Origin: Candidatus Hydrogenedentota bacterium
GTDB taxonomy: Bacteria > Hydrogenedentota > Hydrogenedentia > Hydrogenedentales > SLHB01
Reading direction: 5' to 3'
Assembly (NCBI GenBank): GCA_045863335.1
Contig: BTVY01000051.1
Location: 1-48,416 of the forward strand
DNA length: 48,416 nt
Positions 30,214 to 39,270 of this stretch are shown here, piece by piece. Made by a program: the position numbers and the translations under genes. How positions within the stretch are numbered: the stretch's first letter is position 1; every line of letters begins with the position of its first letter. Under the pieces are notes generated by a model. The model worked only from the letters and a program-made list of their open reading frames with translations, had not been told where the DNA came from and did not search any database.

Positions 30214-30368
30214 AATACAATTGTTAATTCTGAAATCTCAGATTTGAAATCGATACCCGTTTACAAATCACAAACGCCATCGCGCCCGGCACGGTCTCGA
30301 TGCCGGAACCGGCAGCCCCGGCCCTACTTTCCAGACAAAGGCCCCCGCTTACACGCTTCGCGCGCGCA

Positions 30369-30398
30369 TTGACTTCCCAAATCGCGGGTTGCTATACT
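30369..30398 (+). promoter_or_regulatory. Sigma70 promoter for the tRNA-Gln/prs operon
   Basis: TTGACT-N18-TATACT with an extended TG. Confidence 0.6.
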
Positions 30399-30533
30399 TC
30401 CGCAATTGTCTTGCGCGAGAGAAGTTAGCGCCGTTGCGACCATTCATGCCGCGCAAGGGCATGGGTTCGCATCGGTGTACAGGGCTATTTTTGCCCGGTT
30501 TCCGGGCGCTCCCATTCCGGCAAGACGCATGCT

Positions 30534-30608
30534 TGGGGCGTCGCCAAGTGGTAAGGCATCGGCCTTTGGCGCCGACATGCGTAGGTTCGAATCCTACCGC
30601 CCCAGCCA
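30534..30608 (+). tRNA. tRNA-Gln (anticodon TTG)
   Basis: TGGGGCG/CGCCCCA acceptor stem; CCAAGTGGTAAGG D-arm; TCGGC-CTTTGGC-GCCGA anticodon arm; GGTTCGAATCC; encoded CCA. Confidence 0.97.
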
Positions 30609-30633
30609 CTTTTTCTACAAGGACTGAACTTCG

Positions 30634-31581
30634 GTGGCCTATAGCAAGAGTATCAAGATTCTGTCCGGAAGCTGTTCCGAAGCCCTGACCGACGGGATCT
30701 GTTCGCAATTGGAGCTGACCCGCGCGCGGGCCACCGTCGGCACGTTCAGCGATGGCGAAGTCAAGATCCAGATCGGCGAGAACATCCGCGGAAGCGACGT
30801 GTTCATCGTGAACAGCACGAGTCCGCCGGTCAACGATCATCTGATGGAGCTTTTGATATTGATCGACGCGGCGCGGCGCGCTTCGGCCGACCGCGTGACG
30901 GCCGTCTTGCCGTACTTCGGCTACGCGCGGCAGGACCGGAAGGATCGGCCCCGAGTGCCGATCACGGCCAAGCTGGTATCGAACCTGCTCGTCGCCGCCG
31001 GCGCGGATCGCGTTCTGACGGTGGACTTGCATTGCGGGCAGATCCAGGGCTTTTTCGACATCCCGGTCGACCACCTGAGCGCCGATGTGGTTTTCATCAA
31101 CCATTTTATGGAGCGTGGCATCGACAATATCGTCGTCGTCTCGCCGGATACCGGCAGCGTGGCCCGCATCCGCGAGTTTGCGCGCCGGCTCGATGCGCCC
31201 CTGGCCATTGTCGACAAACGCCGGCCCAAGGAAAACGAAGCGGAAGTCATGAACGTTATCGGAGATGTCGCGGGAAAGCACGCCCTGATCTTCGATGACA
31301 TGATCGATACGGGAGGCACCCTCGTCAAGGCGGCCAAGGCCATCAAGGATCGCGGCGCCCTCGACGTAATTGCCTGCTCGACCCACTCCGTCTTCAGCGG
31401 CGAAGCCATAGCCCGGATTCGGGATTCCGTGCTGGACGAAGTGCTGGTGAGCGACTCGATTCCGCTTAAGGCCGAGGCCGCCGGTGTGGATAAGATCAAG
31501 GTCTTGACAATCGCGCCCTTAATCGGCGAGGCCATACGGCGCATTCATCAGGAAGAATCGTTGAGTATCCTGTTTCGATAG
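30634..31581 (+). CDS. prs: Ribose-phosphate pyrophosphokinase
   Basis: FSDGE, PYFGYARQDRK, DLHCGQIQGFFDIPVD and DDMIDTGGT motifs. Confidence 0.98.
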   Translation: MAYSKSIKILSGSCSEALTDGICSQLELTRARATVGTFSDGEVKIQIGENIRGSDVFIVNSTSPPVNDHLMELLILIDAARRASADRVTAVLPYFGYARQDRKDRPRVPITAKLVSNLLVAAGADRVLTVDLHCGQIQGFFDIPVDHLSADVVFINHFMERGIDNIVVVSPDTGSVARIREFARRLDAPLAIVDKRRPKENEAEVMNVIGDVAGKHALIFDDMIDTGGTLVKAAKAIKDRGALDVIACSTHSVFSGEAIARIRDSVLDEVLVSDSIPLKAEAAGVDKIKVLTIAPLIGEAIRRIHQEESLSILFR

Positions 31582-31668
31582 ACGTATTGCGATGTGTACC
31601 GCGCCTTGAAATCGCGCGCGCGGAAATCTCGGGCTATGGCCCTCAGTTCTCGAGGAGGCAGACGAATC

Positions 31669-32316
31669 ATGGAATTGCAGACCTTAAAAGCAGCCACGCG
31701 CGAACAGCGCGGTAAAGGCGCCGCAGGGCGTGAGCGCAAAGCCGGCCGTGTTCCGGGTGTTCTCTATGGCGGTGGAGCTGACGCCGTGTCGCTGAAGCTG
31801 AACGCTCGGGAATTCGAGCGCCTGGTTCACTCCGGCGGCGAACACGCCATCGTGCAGCTCGATATCGAGGATCAGCCGAATCTGAGCAGCCCGGCCATGC
31901 TGAAATCCGTCCACCATCATCCCGTTCGCGGCGGTATCATGCACGCCGACTTCCAGCGTATTCGACTGGACGAGCGCATCATCACCATCGTTCCCCTTGA
32001 ACTCGTTGGCCACTGCAAAGGCGTGGTTGATGGCGGCGTAATCGACTTCCAGTTGCGCGAAGTCGAGGTGGAGTGTCTCGCACTCGAGGTGCCCGAGAAG
32101 ATTGAAGTCGATACCACGGAACTCGGCATCGGAGACAGCATTCACGTCGAGCAGCTTCCGGCGCCCACGAACGTGACCATTGTCACCGACCCGACGCGCA
32201 GCGTCGTTGCCGTTCATGCGCCGCGTGTCGTGAAGACCGCAGAGGAAGAAGCTGCCGAAGCCGAAGCCGCCGCCGATGCCGCGGCTGCCGAGGCCGCTCA
32301 ACAGGGCGGCGAATAG
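31669..32316 (+). CDS. rplY: 50S ribosomal protein L25/Ctc
   Basis: GAGGAGG RBS; GKGAAGRERKAGRVPGVLYG, HADF, GVVDGG and LGIGDSIHV motifs. Confidence 0.95.
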   Translation: MELQTLKAATREQRGKGAAGRERKAGRVPGVLYGGGADAVSLKLNAREFERLVHSGGEHAIVQLDIEDQPNLSSPAMLKSVHHHPVRGGIMHADFQRIRLDERIITIVPLELVGHCKGVVDGGVIDFQLREVEVECLALEVPEKIEVDTTELGIGDSIHVEQLPAPTNVTIVTDPTRSVVAVHAPRVVKTAEEEAAEAEAAADAAAAEAAQQGGE

Positions 32317-32342
32317 CCGTCCAACCGTAGGACGAAGCCCGC

Positions 32343-32921
32343 GTGAAGCTTATCGTGGGGCTGGGCAACCCCGGACCCCGCTACCGCAACACCCGGCACA
32401 ATGTCGGCTTTCAGGTTTTGGACCTGCTGGCCGAGCGCTGGGGCGTTGCCTTTGATCGGGAGAAGTATCAAGGGCTCGTCGCGTCTGCAAGGCACAGTGG
32501 CGAGAATCTGATCTTGTTGAAGCCGTTGACCTACATGAACCGCAGCGGATTGTCCGTCGCCGAAGTGACGCGCAACAAGGTACCGGACCTCGCGGATATG
32601 CTGGTCGTCGTGGACGACATCAACCTCCCGTTCGGCCGGTTGCGCATGCGGGAGCGAGGAAGCGCGGGCGGGCACAACGGGCTCAAGTCCATAATCGAAC
32701 ACGTCGGTGCGCAGGATTTCCCCCGACTGCGCATAGGGGTCGGTGAGAATAAGACGGGCGAAGCCTTGACCGACCACGTGTTGGGCACGTTCAAACCGGA
32801 GGAACGGGCCGAACTCGATTCGGTCATCGCCCGGGCCGCCGAAGGGGTGATTGCGTACGTGGAGGAGGGTGTCAACTCTGCCATGAACGCGATTAATAGA
32901 AAGTCCGATCTGGAACGGTAG
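32343..32921 (+). CDS. pth: Peptidyl-tRNA hydrolase
   Basis: LIVGLGNPG, TRHNVGF, KPLTYMNRSG and GSAGGHNGLKSI motifs. Confidence 0.98.
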   Translation: MKLIVGLGNPGPRYRNTRHNVGFQVLDLLAERWGVAFDREKYQGLVASARHSGENLILLKPLTYMNRSGLSVAEVTRNKVPDLADMLVVVDDINLPFGRLRMRERGSAGGHNGLKSIIEHVGAQDFPRLRIGVGENKTGEALTDHVLGTFKPEERAELDSVIARAAEGVIAYVEEGVNSAMNAINRKSDLER

Positions 32922-32995
32922 AATGCCGGCGCAACCATCCAGGTTCCGCAGGCCTCTTGCCGTGTTCCAAGGATGCGGGCGAGGTTGGAGAAAAC

Positions 32996-33499
32996 ATGAA
33001 GCACACGATTAGCGTCCTCGTCGAAAACCATTTTGGCGTGCTCGCACGCGTCTCGGGCATGTTTAGCGCCCGGGGCTACAACATCGACAGCCTGTGCGTG
33101 GGTGAGACCGAAGATCCCACCGCATCGCGGATGACCGTAGTGGTCCGGGGCGACGATCGCGTGCTCGAGCAGATCGTGAAGCAGTTGAACAAGCTCGTGG
33201 AAGTGATCGAAGTACGCGATCTCACGCGCGAAAGCTACGTGGAGCGCGAACTTGTCATGGTTAAGATCGCGGCCGACAGTTCCCGCCGCAGCGAGATCAC
33301 GGACATCGCGAACATCTTCCGAGCCAAAGTTGTGGATATCAGCGCCGGCGCCATGACCGTCGAGGTCACCGGCAGCGAAGGTAAAGTCAAAGCGTTTATC
33401 GACATGATGCGGCCCTTCGGGATCCGGGAACTGGTCCGGACCGGGCGTATCGCGATTGCGCGATCGGTCAAGGATAAGGAAAACCAAGAGGAAACCTGA
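32996..33499 (+). CDS. ilvN: Acetolactate synthase small (regulatory) subunit
   Basis: [41 protein letters not shown] and ELVRTG motifs. Confidence 0.96.
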   Translation: MKHTISVLVENHFGVLARVSGMFSARGYNIDSLCVGETEDPTASRMTVVVRGDDRVLEQIVKQLNKLVEVIEVRDLTRESYVERELVMVKIAADSSRRSEITDIANIFRAKVVDISAGAMTVEVTGSEGKVKAFIDMMRPFGIRELVRTGRIAIARSVKDKENQEET

Positions 33500-33500
33500 G

Positions 33501-34496
33501 ATGGCAAAAATCTACTACGAGAAGGATGCGGACTTGTCGGTCCTTAATGGCCGGACGGTCGCCGTCATCGGATTCGGCAGCCAGGGCCACGCCCATGCAA
33601 TGAATCTGCGGGACAGCGGCGTGCAGGTGGTCGTCGGCCATCGCGGCGGATCGAACAGCAAGACGTATCAGGCAGCAACGGAGGCTGGGTTCGAAGTGCT
33701 GCCCGTGGCGGAAGCGGCCGCGCGCGCCGACATCGTCATGGTTCTCGTACCGGATACCATTCAGAAGGACCTCTTCGAGAACGAGATTAAGCCGAATCTG
33801 CAGCCCGGCAATTCGCTCATGTTCGCCCACGGGTTCAACATCCATTTTGGGTGTGTCGTCCCTCCTAAGGATATCGACGTCTTCATGATTGCCCCCAAGG
33901 GTCCCGGCCATCTCGTGCGCGATGAATTCGAGCGCGGCGCCGGGGTGCCCTGCCTGGTCGCCATCTACCAGGATTCCACCGGCGATGCCCTCAAAAAAGC
34001 CCTGGCCTACGGCATCGCCGTCGGCGGTGCCCGCGCCGGAATCATCGAAACCACCTTCAAAGAAGAGACCGAAACGGACCTGTTTGGCGAGCAGACCGTG
34101 CTCTGCGGTGGTTCGGCTGCGCTGATCAAGGCCGGCTTTGAGGTCCTCATGGAAGCTGGGTACCAGCCCGAGATCGCCTATTTCGAGGTCATGCACGAGT
34201 TGAAGCTGATCGTCGATTTATATTATCGTGGCGGTTTGAAATTCATGAACTACTCCGTCAGCGATACCGCCGAGTACGGCGGCATGTCGGTGGGGAGCAC
34301 GATCGTAACCGAGGATACCAAGAACGCCATGCGGGCGGCGCTCAAACGGATTCAGACCGGCGAATTCGCCAAGGAATGGCTTGGCGAATACCAGTCGGGC
34401 GGGAAGAATTTCGAGAAACTGCGCAAGGCCGACGCCGACCATCCCATCGAACAGGTCGGGGCGGAACTGCGCAAAATGATGCCCTGGATCAAATGA
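33501..34496 (+). CDS. ilvC: Ketol-acid reductoisomerase
   Basis: [36 protein letters not shown] and SDTAEYG motifs. Confidence 0.98.
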   Translation: MAKIYYEKDADLSVLNGRTVAVIGFGSQGHAHAMNLRDSGVQVVVGHRGGSNSKTYQAATEAGFEVLPVAEAAARADIVMVLVPDTIQKDLFENEIKPNLQPGNSLMFAHGFNIHFGCVVPPKDIDVFMIAPKGPGHLVRDEFERGAGVPCLVAIYQDSTGDALKKALAYGIAVGGARAGIIETTFKEETETDLFGEQTVLCGGSAALIKAGFEVLMEAGYQPEIAYFEVMHELKLIVDLYYRGGLKFMNYSVSDTAEYGGMSVGSTIVTEDTKNAMRAALKRIQTGEFAKEWLGEYQSGGKNFEKLRKADADHPIEQVGAELRKMMPWIK

Positions 34497-34500
34497 TGCC

Positions 34501-34527
34501 GGCCACGCCTTTGGGCGTGGCCTTTTT
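34501..34527 (+). terminator. Rho-independent terminator after ilvC
   Basis: GGCCACGCC-TTTG-GGCGTGGCC followed by TTTTT. Confidence 0.88.
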
Positions 34528-34585
34528 AGTTGAATCTATCGGTCCGCGCATCCGCTCCTCTTGGGGCGGATCGCGCCCCGGCCGA

Positions 34586-35344
34586 ATGGATGCTGCGAGG
34601 AGGTCCCAGCTTTTGAAAACGTTGTTGCCTTTGCAGGAACTTGATCTCAAAATCGAGAAATGCCGATTCCGTGAGGTCGAGATTCCCAAGCAAAAAGGAA
34701 AATTCGACGTCCAGAAAAAGCGGTTGGCCGCCGAACTGGAAGAGCGCGAGCGCGAACTGACCAAGCTTCAACTCGAACAGCGCGAGTGCGAAAGCGAGGT
34801 CTCCCAGAAGCAGGAACAGATCGTCAAGTACGAACAGCAGCTCCTCAGCGTCAAAAAGAACGAAGAATACCAGGCCCTCCTTCACGAGATCGATCTGCAG
34901 AAAAAACAGATCGCCCAGAAGGAAGAACGCATCATCTCGGTGCTTGTCGAGATCGATGCCGCCAAAGAACGCCTCGCCGAAGACAAGAAACGAATCGAGG
35001 CCGAACGCAAAGTTATCGACGAACAGTGCGCCGAGATCGACCGGGAACTTGCCGAAGCGGTCGCGGCGCGCACCGAGCTGGAGAAACAGCGGGCAGCCCT
35101 GGAGGCCCAGGTCGACTCCGGCCTCCTCTCGCGATACAAACGAATCCGGGCGAACAAGAAGACGGGCCCTGCCGTTGTACCCCTGAGCGGCACCACCTGC
35201 ACCGGTTGCCATATGACGGTCACGGCGCAGATCGTGAACGAGATTCTCGGCGGCAAAGTCCACGCCTGCGCACATTGCGGCAGGCTGCTCTACCACGCAG
35301 ACAACCACGAGGAACACGAGGCTCGCATCGCTTCGCAGCAGTAG
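34586..35344 (+). CDS. Coiled-coil protein with a C4 zinc ribbon (DUF164-like)
   Basis: LQELD, long coiled coil, NEEYQALLHEID, CTGCHM...CAHCGRLLY; start may be TTG 34613 after GAGGAGG. Confidence 0.9.
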   Translation: MDAARRSQLLKTLLPLQELDLKIEKCRFREVEIPKQKGKFDVQKKRLAAELEERERELTKLQLEQRECESEVSQKQEQIVKYEQQLLSVKKNEEYQALLHEIDLQKKQIAQKEERIISVLVEIDAAKERLAEDKKRIEAERKVIDEQCAEIDRELAEAVAARTELEKQRAALEAQVDSGLLSRYKRIRANKKTGPAVVPLSGTTCTGCHMTVTAQIVNEILGGKVHACAHCGRLLYHADNHEEHEARIASQQ

Positions 35345-35385
35345 CGCGCACGGCGTCCATTCCTCCGGTGTGAGAGTACACACAG

Positions 35386-36240
35386 ATGCCATTCCTGAAA
35401 CGTAGACGGTTTGTTTCGGTCATCGGACGCAAGAGCCACGTGCCCGACGGCATGTGGATGAAGTGTCCCGGCTGCAATCAGGCCGTCACCCGCAAAGAGA
35501 TCGAAGACAACCAGTTCGTGTGCACGCACTGCGATTTTCACCATCGCATCGGCGCGCGCAAGCGAATCGAGTTCCTCGTCGATCCCGACACCTTTGAGGA
35601 AACCCACAAGGGCGTGACCTCGTCCGACCCCCTAGGGTTCGTGGTCGAGGAGACCTCGTATTCCTATCCCAAAAAGGTGAAAGAATCGACGGAGAAGTCC
35701 GGCATGTCCGAGGCGATGATTACGGGCTTGGCTTCCATCGAAGGCACCCGCACCGCCCTCGGCGTCATGGAGTTCGGATTCCTCGGTGGCAGCATGGGAT
35801 CGGCGCTGGGCGAAAAATTCATTCGCGCCGCGGACGACGCCATCCGCGAACGCGTACCGCTGGTCGTATTCTCCTCCTCCGGCGGCGCTCGCATGATGGA
35901 AGGTATCTTGAGCCTCATGCAGATGGCGAAGACCTCCGACGGCGTCCGCGCCATGAATGAAGCCGGGATCCCCTATATCTCTGTTTTGACCCACCCAACC
36001 ACGGGCGGTGTCTGGGCCAGTTTCGCGAGCCTCGGCGACATCATCCTGGCCGAACCAAAAGCCCATATCGGCTTTGCCGGTCCCCGTCTGATTGAAGGCG
36101 CATTAAAGGTCAAGTTGCCCGAAGGGTTCCAGTCCGCCGAATACCAGTTCGAAAACGGTTTCGTCGACGAAATTGTCAGCCGTACCGAAATGCGGACCAT
36201 GCTCGGCAAACTCCTGGCCTATCTCGCGCCCCAGCAGTGA
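35386..36240 (+). CDS. accD: Acetyl-CoA carboxylase carboxyltransferase beta subunit
   Basis: WMKCPGC...CTHC, FLGGSMG, SGGARMMEG, PTTGGV and GFAGPR motifs. Confidence 0.97.
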   Translation: MPFLKRRRFVSVIGRKSHVPDGMWMKCPGCNQAVTRKEIEDNQFVCTHCDFHHRIGARKRIEFLVDPDTFEETHKGVTSSDPLGFVVEETSYSYPKKVKESTEKSGMSEAMITGLASIEGTRTALGVMEFGFLGGSMGSALGEKFIRAADDAIRERVPLVVFSSSGGARMMEGILSLMQMAKTSDGVRAMNEAGIPYISVLTHPTTGGVWASFASLGDIILAEPKAHIGFAGPRLIEGALKVKLPEGFQSAEYQFENGFVDEIVSRTEMRTMLGKLLAYLAPQQ

Positions 36241-37505
36241 ACCCACGCGATTATCTTGCCGGGCTTGAGTTCCACGGAATCAAGCTCGGTCTGGACAACA
36301 TCCGTCTCCTCCTCGATGCCGCGTCCAATCCTCATCGTGACTACCCTGTCATCCATGTCGCCGGCACCAACGGCAAAGGCAGCGTAGTCGCAATTCTCGA
36401 CGCGATCTTACGCGCCGCGGGTTGCACTGTCGGCCGCTTCACGAGTCCCCATTTGATCGACGTGGAAGAGCGCTTCCTGATCGACGGTGTACCCATGCCT
36501 GCGGACGCGTTGGACTCGGAGATCGCATTCTTCGAAGGCATCGCGGCGACCATGCCGAATCCGCCCACGTATTTCGAGCTGTGCACCGCCATCGCCTTCC
36601 GCTGGTTCTCCCAGAAAAAGGTCGACATCGCACTCATCGAAGTCGGCATGGGAGGGAGGTTCGACTCGACTAACGTCGTCGATCCCACCGCCTGCGCCAT
36701 CACCAACATCGACCTGGAACACACCGCGTATCTGGGAACCACGGTAGAAGCGATTGCGTTCGAGAAAGCCGGCATCATCAAGCGAAACGTCCCCGTAGTT
36801 GTGGCCGAGCGCCAACCCGCAGCCCTGAAAGTGATCCTCGACCGCGCAGCCGAGGAGAACAGCGCCGTCCTTCGGATCGGGGCAGACTTCCATTACGCCC
36901 TACACGGCGACCCCTTCGCACAAACCATCGACTACACCGGCTCGCGGCTGGTCATCAAAGACACGCCCCTCGCCCTGGCCGGGCGCTACCAAGGCGACAA
37001 CGCCGCTACCGCCCTCGCCTTGGCCGAACTGCTCATGGACCCCTATCCCAGCATCACCCGCGATGCCGTCTACGAAGGGCTGGCATCGGTCCGGTGGCCC
37101 TGCCGCATGGAGCGCGTGTTGGACGATCCCCCCGTAATTCTCGACGTCGCCCACAACCCCGCGGGCATGCGCCGTCTCGCCGCGGATCTCCCCAACTGCG
37201 TCGTCGTCCTCGCCATCTCCGCCGACAAGGCCGCCGCTCCCATGATCGAAGCCCTCGATCCCGTCGCGGAAGAACTGATCCTCACCCAATTCGCCGGAAA
37301 TCGTGCGACACCTGTCGAGTCGCTCCGCCAAGCGGCCGGCTCCCGTCCATGCCGCGTTGCCGACTCCCTCGAAACCGCCATCGCCATGGGCCTCGCCGCG
37401 GCTTCCGAACACCGCCCCCTCGTCATCACCGGCTCCATCTTCACCGCCGGCCAAGCCCGCCAAATCCTCACCAGCCGATACGGCGCCCCGCCACTCCGGT
37501 TCTAA
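36237..37505 (+). CDS. folC: Folylpolyglutamate/dihydrofolate synthase
   Basis: HVAGTNGKGS, FTSPHL, EVGMGGRFDSTNV, EKAGIIK and LDVAHNP motifs. Confidence 0.97.
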   Translation: MNPRDYLAGLEFHGIKLGLDNIRLLLDAASNPHRDYPVIHVAGTNGKGSVVAILDAILRAAGCTVGRFTSPHLIDVEERFLIDGVPMPADALDSEIAFFEGIAATMPNPPTYFELCTAIAFRWFSQKKVDIALIEVGMGGRFDSTNVVDPTACAITNIDLEHTAYLGTTVEAIAFEKAGIIKRNVPVVVAERQPAALKVILDRAAEENSAVLRIGADFHYALHGDPFAQTIDYTGSRLVIKDTPLALAGRYQGDNAATALALAELLMDPYPSITRDAVYEGLASVRWPCRMERVLDDPPVILDVAHNPAGMRRLAADLPNCVVVLAISADKAAAPMIEALDPVAEELILTQFAGNRATPVESLRQAAGSRPCRVADSLETAIAMGLAAASEHRPLVITGSIFTAGQARQILTSRYGAPPLRF

Positions 37506-37757
37506 ATCGCCCGCCGCCCCGGCCCGTTCAAAACATCGATAACATCCACAAAGTCCCCATCGTCTAGCGCGTTGCTCCGTGAGTACAATGCCGGAGTAAC
37601 CGGCCAATACCATTCCACCGTTTGAAATCGGCCCGCGGCCTTGGCACTCTATTTCTGTTTGTCGAACCGTCCCGTCCGCGCGTATGGGGCCGGTTGCGAC
37701 GGTGCCAACGCCGGATCCTGCGCGGAGTTCGGTATGTGAAAGTGAGAGGATAGAATC

Positions 37758-39197
37758 ATGAGTTCCTTCAGTAGCAAACCGTTTTGTTTCCATCGTATCT
37801 TTGCAGCCGCAGGGTTGATCGCTGCGGCCCTGGCTTTCACGGCACATGCCACTCCGCTTGATGACTATGTCGCGACACCCGATCCCGCGTTCACCTACGG
37901 CGATGGACCGGTGCAGACCACGGAAGCCGACGGCTACACGGCCCACGTCTACAAGATGGTGTCGCAAGAATGGCTGGACGCAAGCCTGGTCGACCGCACG
38001 AAGTGGGAACACTGGGTGGTGGTCTTCGTGCCCAAGGAACTCGCGCACAGCAAATCGCTCGTATTCATCGGCGGCGGCAGCAACCGTGGCGAGGATCCGC
38101 CCTCCGCGGATTCCGCACTCGCGCAAGTCGCGATGATGACGAAGTCCGTCGTGGTGGAAGTGAAACAGATTCCCAACCAACCCCTGAAGTTCACCGGCGA
38201 ACAGGACGAGCGCTACAAAGAAGAGGGCCGTTCCGAAGACGCTCTCATCACCTACGGCTGGGACAAGTTCCTCGAAGGCGGCGACCCCATCTGGCTCGCG
38301 CGTCTGCCCATGACGAAAGCCGTCGTTCGCGCCATGGACATGGTCCAGGCCGAGCGGCCCGAGATCGAGGGGTTTGTCGTCGCGGGCGGTTCCAAGCGCG
38401 GCTGGACCACCTGGACCGTCGCAGCCGTCGACAAACGCGTCATCGGAATCGTCCCCGCGGTTATCGACGTGCTCAACGTGGCGAACTCGCTCGATTTCCA
38501 CTTCGACGCCTACGGTTTCTGGGCGCCGGCGGTGGGCGATTATGTGGATATGAACATCCTCCCGCGCCGTCATACCCCGCGCTTCAAAGAGCTGGAAGCC
38601 ATCGTCGATCCCTACAGCTACATCGACCGGCTCACCATGCCGAAGTTCGTGCTCAACTCCGCCGGCGATCAGTTCTTCCCGCCCAACTCGTGGGAGGTCT
38701 ACTACAACGACCTCAAAGGCGAGACGCATCTGCGCTACGTCCCCAACACCGACCACGGCCTGAATCTGGAGGCCTACTTCAATCTCGCGTCCTTCTATCA
38801 AGCCGTCGCCCTTGGCACGCCGTTGCCCAAGTACACCTGGAAGAAAGAGGCGAACGGTGCGCTCGAAGTGCGCTGCGAAACGAAGCCCACCAAAGTCCTC
38901 CTGTGGAAGGCCACCAATCCCGAGGGCCGCGATTTCCGCCTGGAGAAGATCGGTCAAGTATGGGAAAGCAGCGAAGTCAACGGTGACGGCAACGGCGTGT
39001 ATCGCGCCGAACTCGAGGCCCCGGAAAAAGGGTGGACGGCGTTCCTTCTCGAAATGCAGTTCCCGAACCCCGATTTCTCGTCGCCCTTCGTGTTTTCCAC
39101 GGGCGTGAGCGTCGTGCCCGACACCTTCCCCTTCAAAGATACGCCCGAACCCGAATCCGGCCACGGCTACCCCGAGGGCGAGGAACAACCCGAATAG
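37758..39197 (+). CDS. Secreted PqaA-type (PhoPQ-activated pathogenicity-related) alpha/beta hydrolase
   Basis: Signal peptide; IPNQPL, RLPMTKAVVRAMD, GGSKRGWTTW, GDQFF and YVPNTDH motifs. Confidence 0.9.
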   Translation: MSSFSSKPFCFHRIFAAAGLIAAALAFTAHATPLDDYVATPDPAFTYGDGPVQTTEADGYTAHVYKMVSQEWLDASLVDRTKWEHWVVVFVPKELAHSKSLVFIGGGSNRGEDPPSADSALAQVAMMTKSVVVEVKQIPNQPLKFTGEQDERYKEEGRSEDALITYGWDKFLEGGDPIWLARLPMTKAVVRAMDMVQAERPEIEGFVVAGGSKRGWTTWTVAAVDKRVIGIVPAVIDVLNVANSLDFHFDAYGFWAPAVGDYVDMNILPRRHTPRFKELEAIVDPYSYIDRLTMPKFVLNSAGDQFFPPNSWEVYYNDLKGETHLRYVPNTDHGLNLEAYFNLASFYQAVALGTPLPKYTWKKEANGALEVRCETKPTKVLLWKATNPEGRDFRLEKIGQVWESSEVNGDGNGVYRAELEAPEKGWTAFLLEMQFPNPDFSSPFVFSTGVSVVPDTFPFKDTPEPESGHGYPEGEEQPE

Positions 39198-39270
39198 ACT
39201 GTAGTCACGTGGAGAGTGCGGTGTATATTTGCACCGCACTCTTTTTTGTCTTGCGAAAGCGGGGTCTGCG

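Noticed and set aside
30534-30608. tRNA as a genomic island integration site
   Set aside because: prs follows directly in the common arrangement; no integrase, and I saw no duplicated tRNA 3' end.
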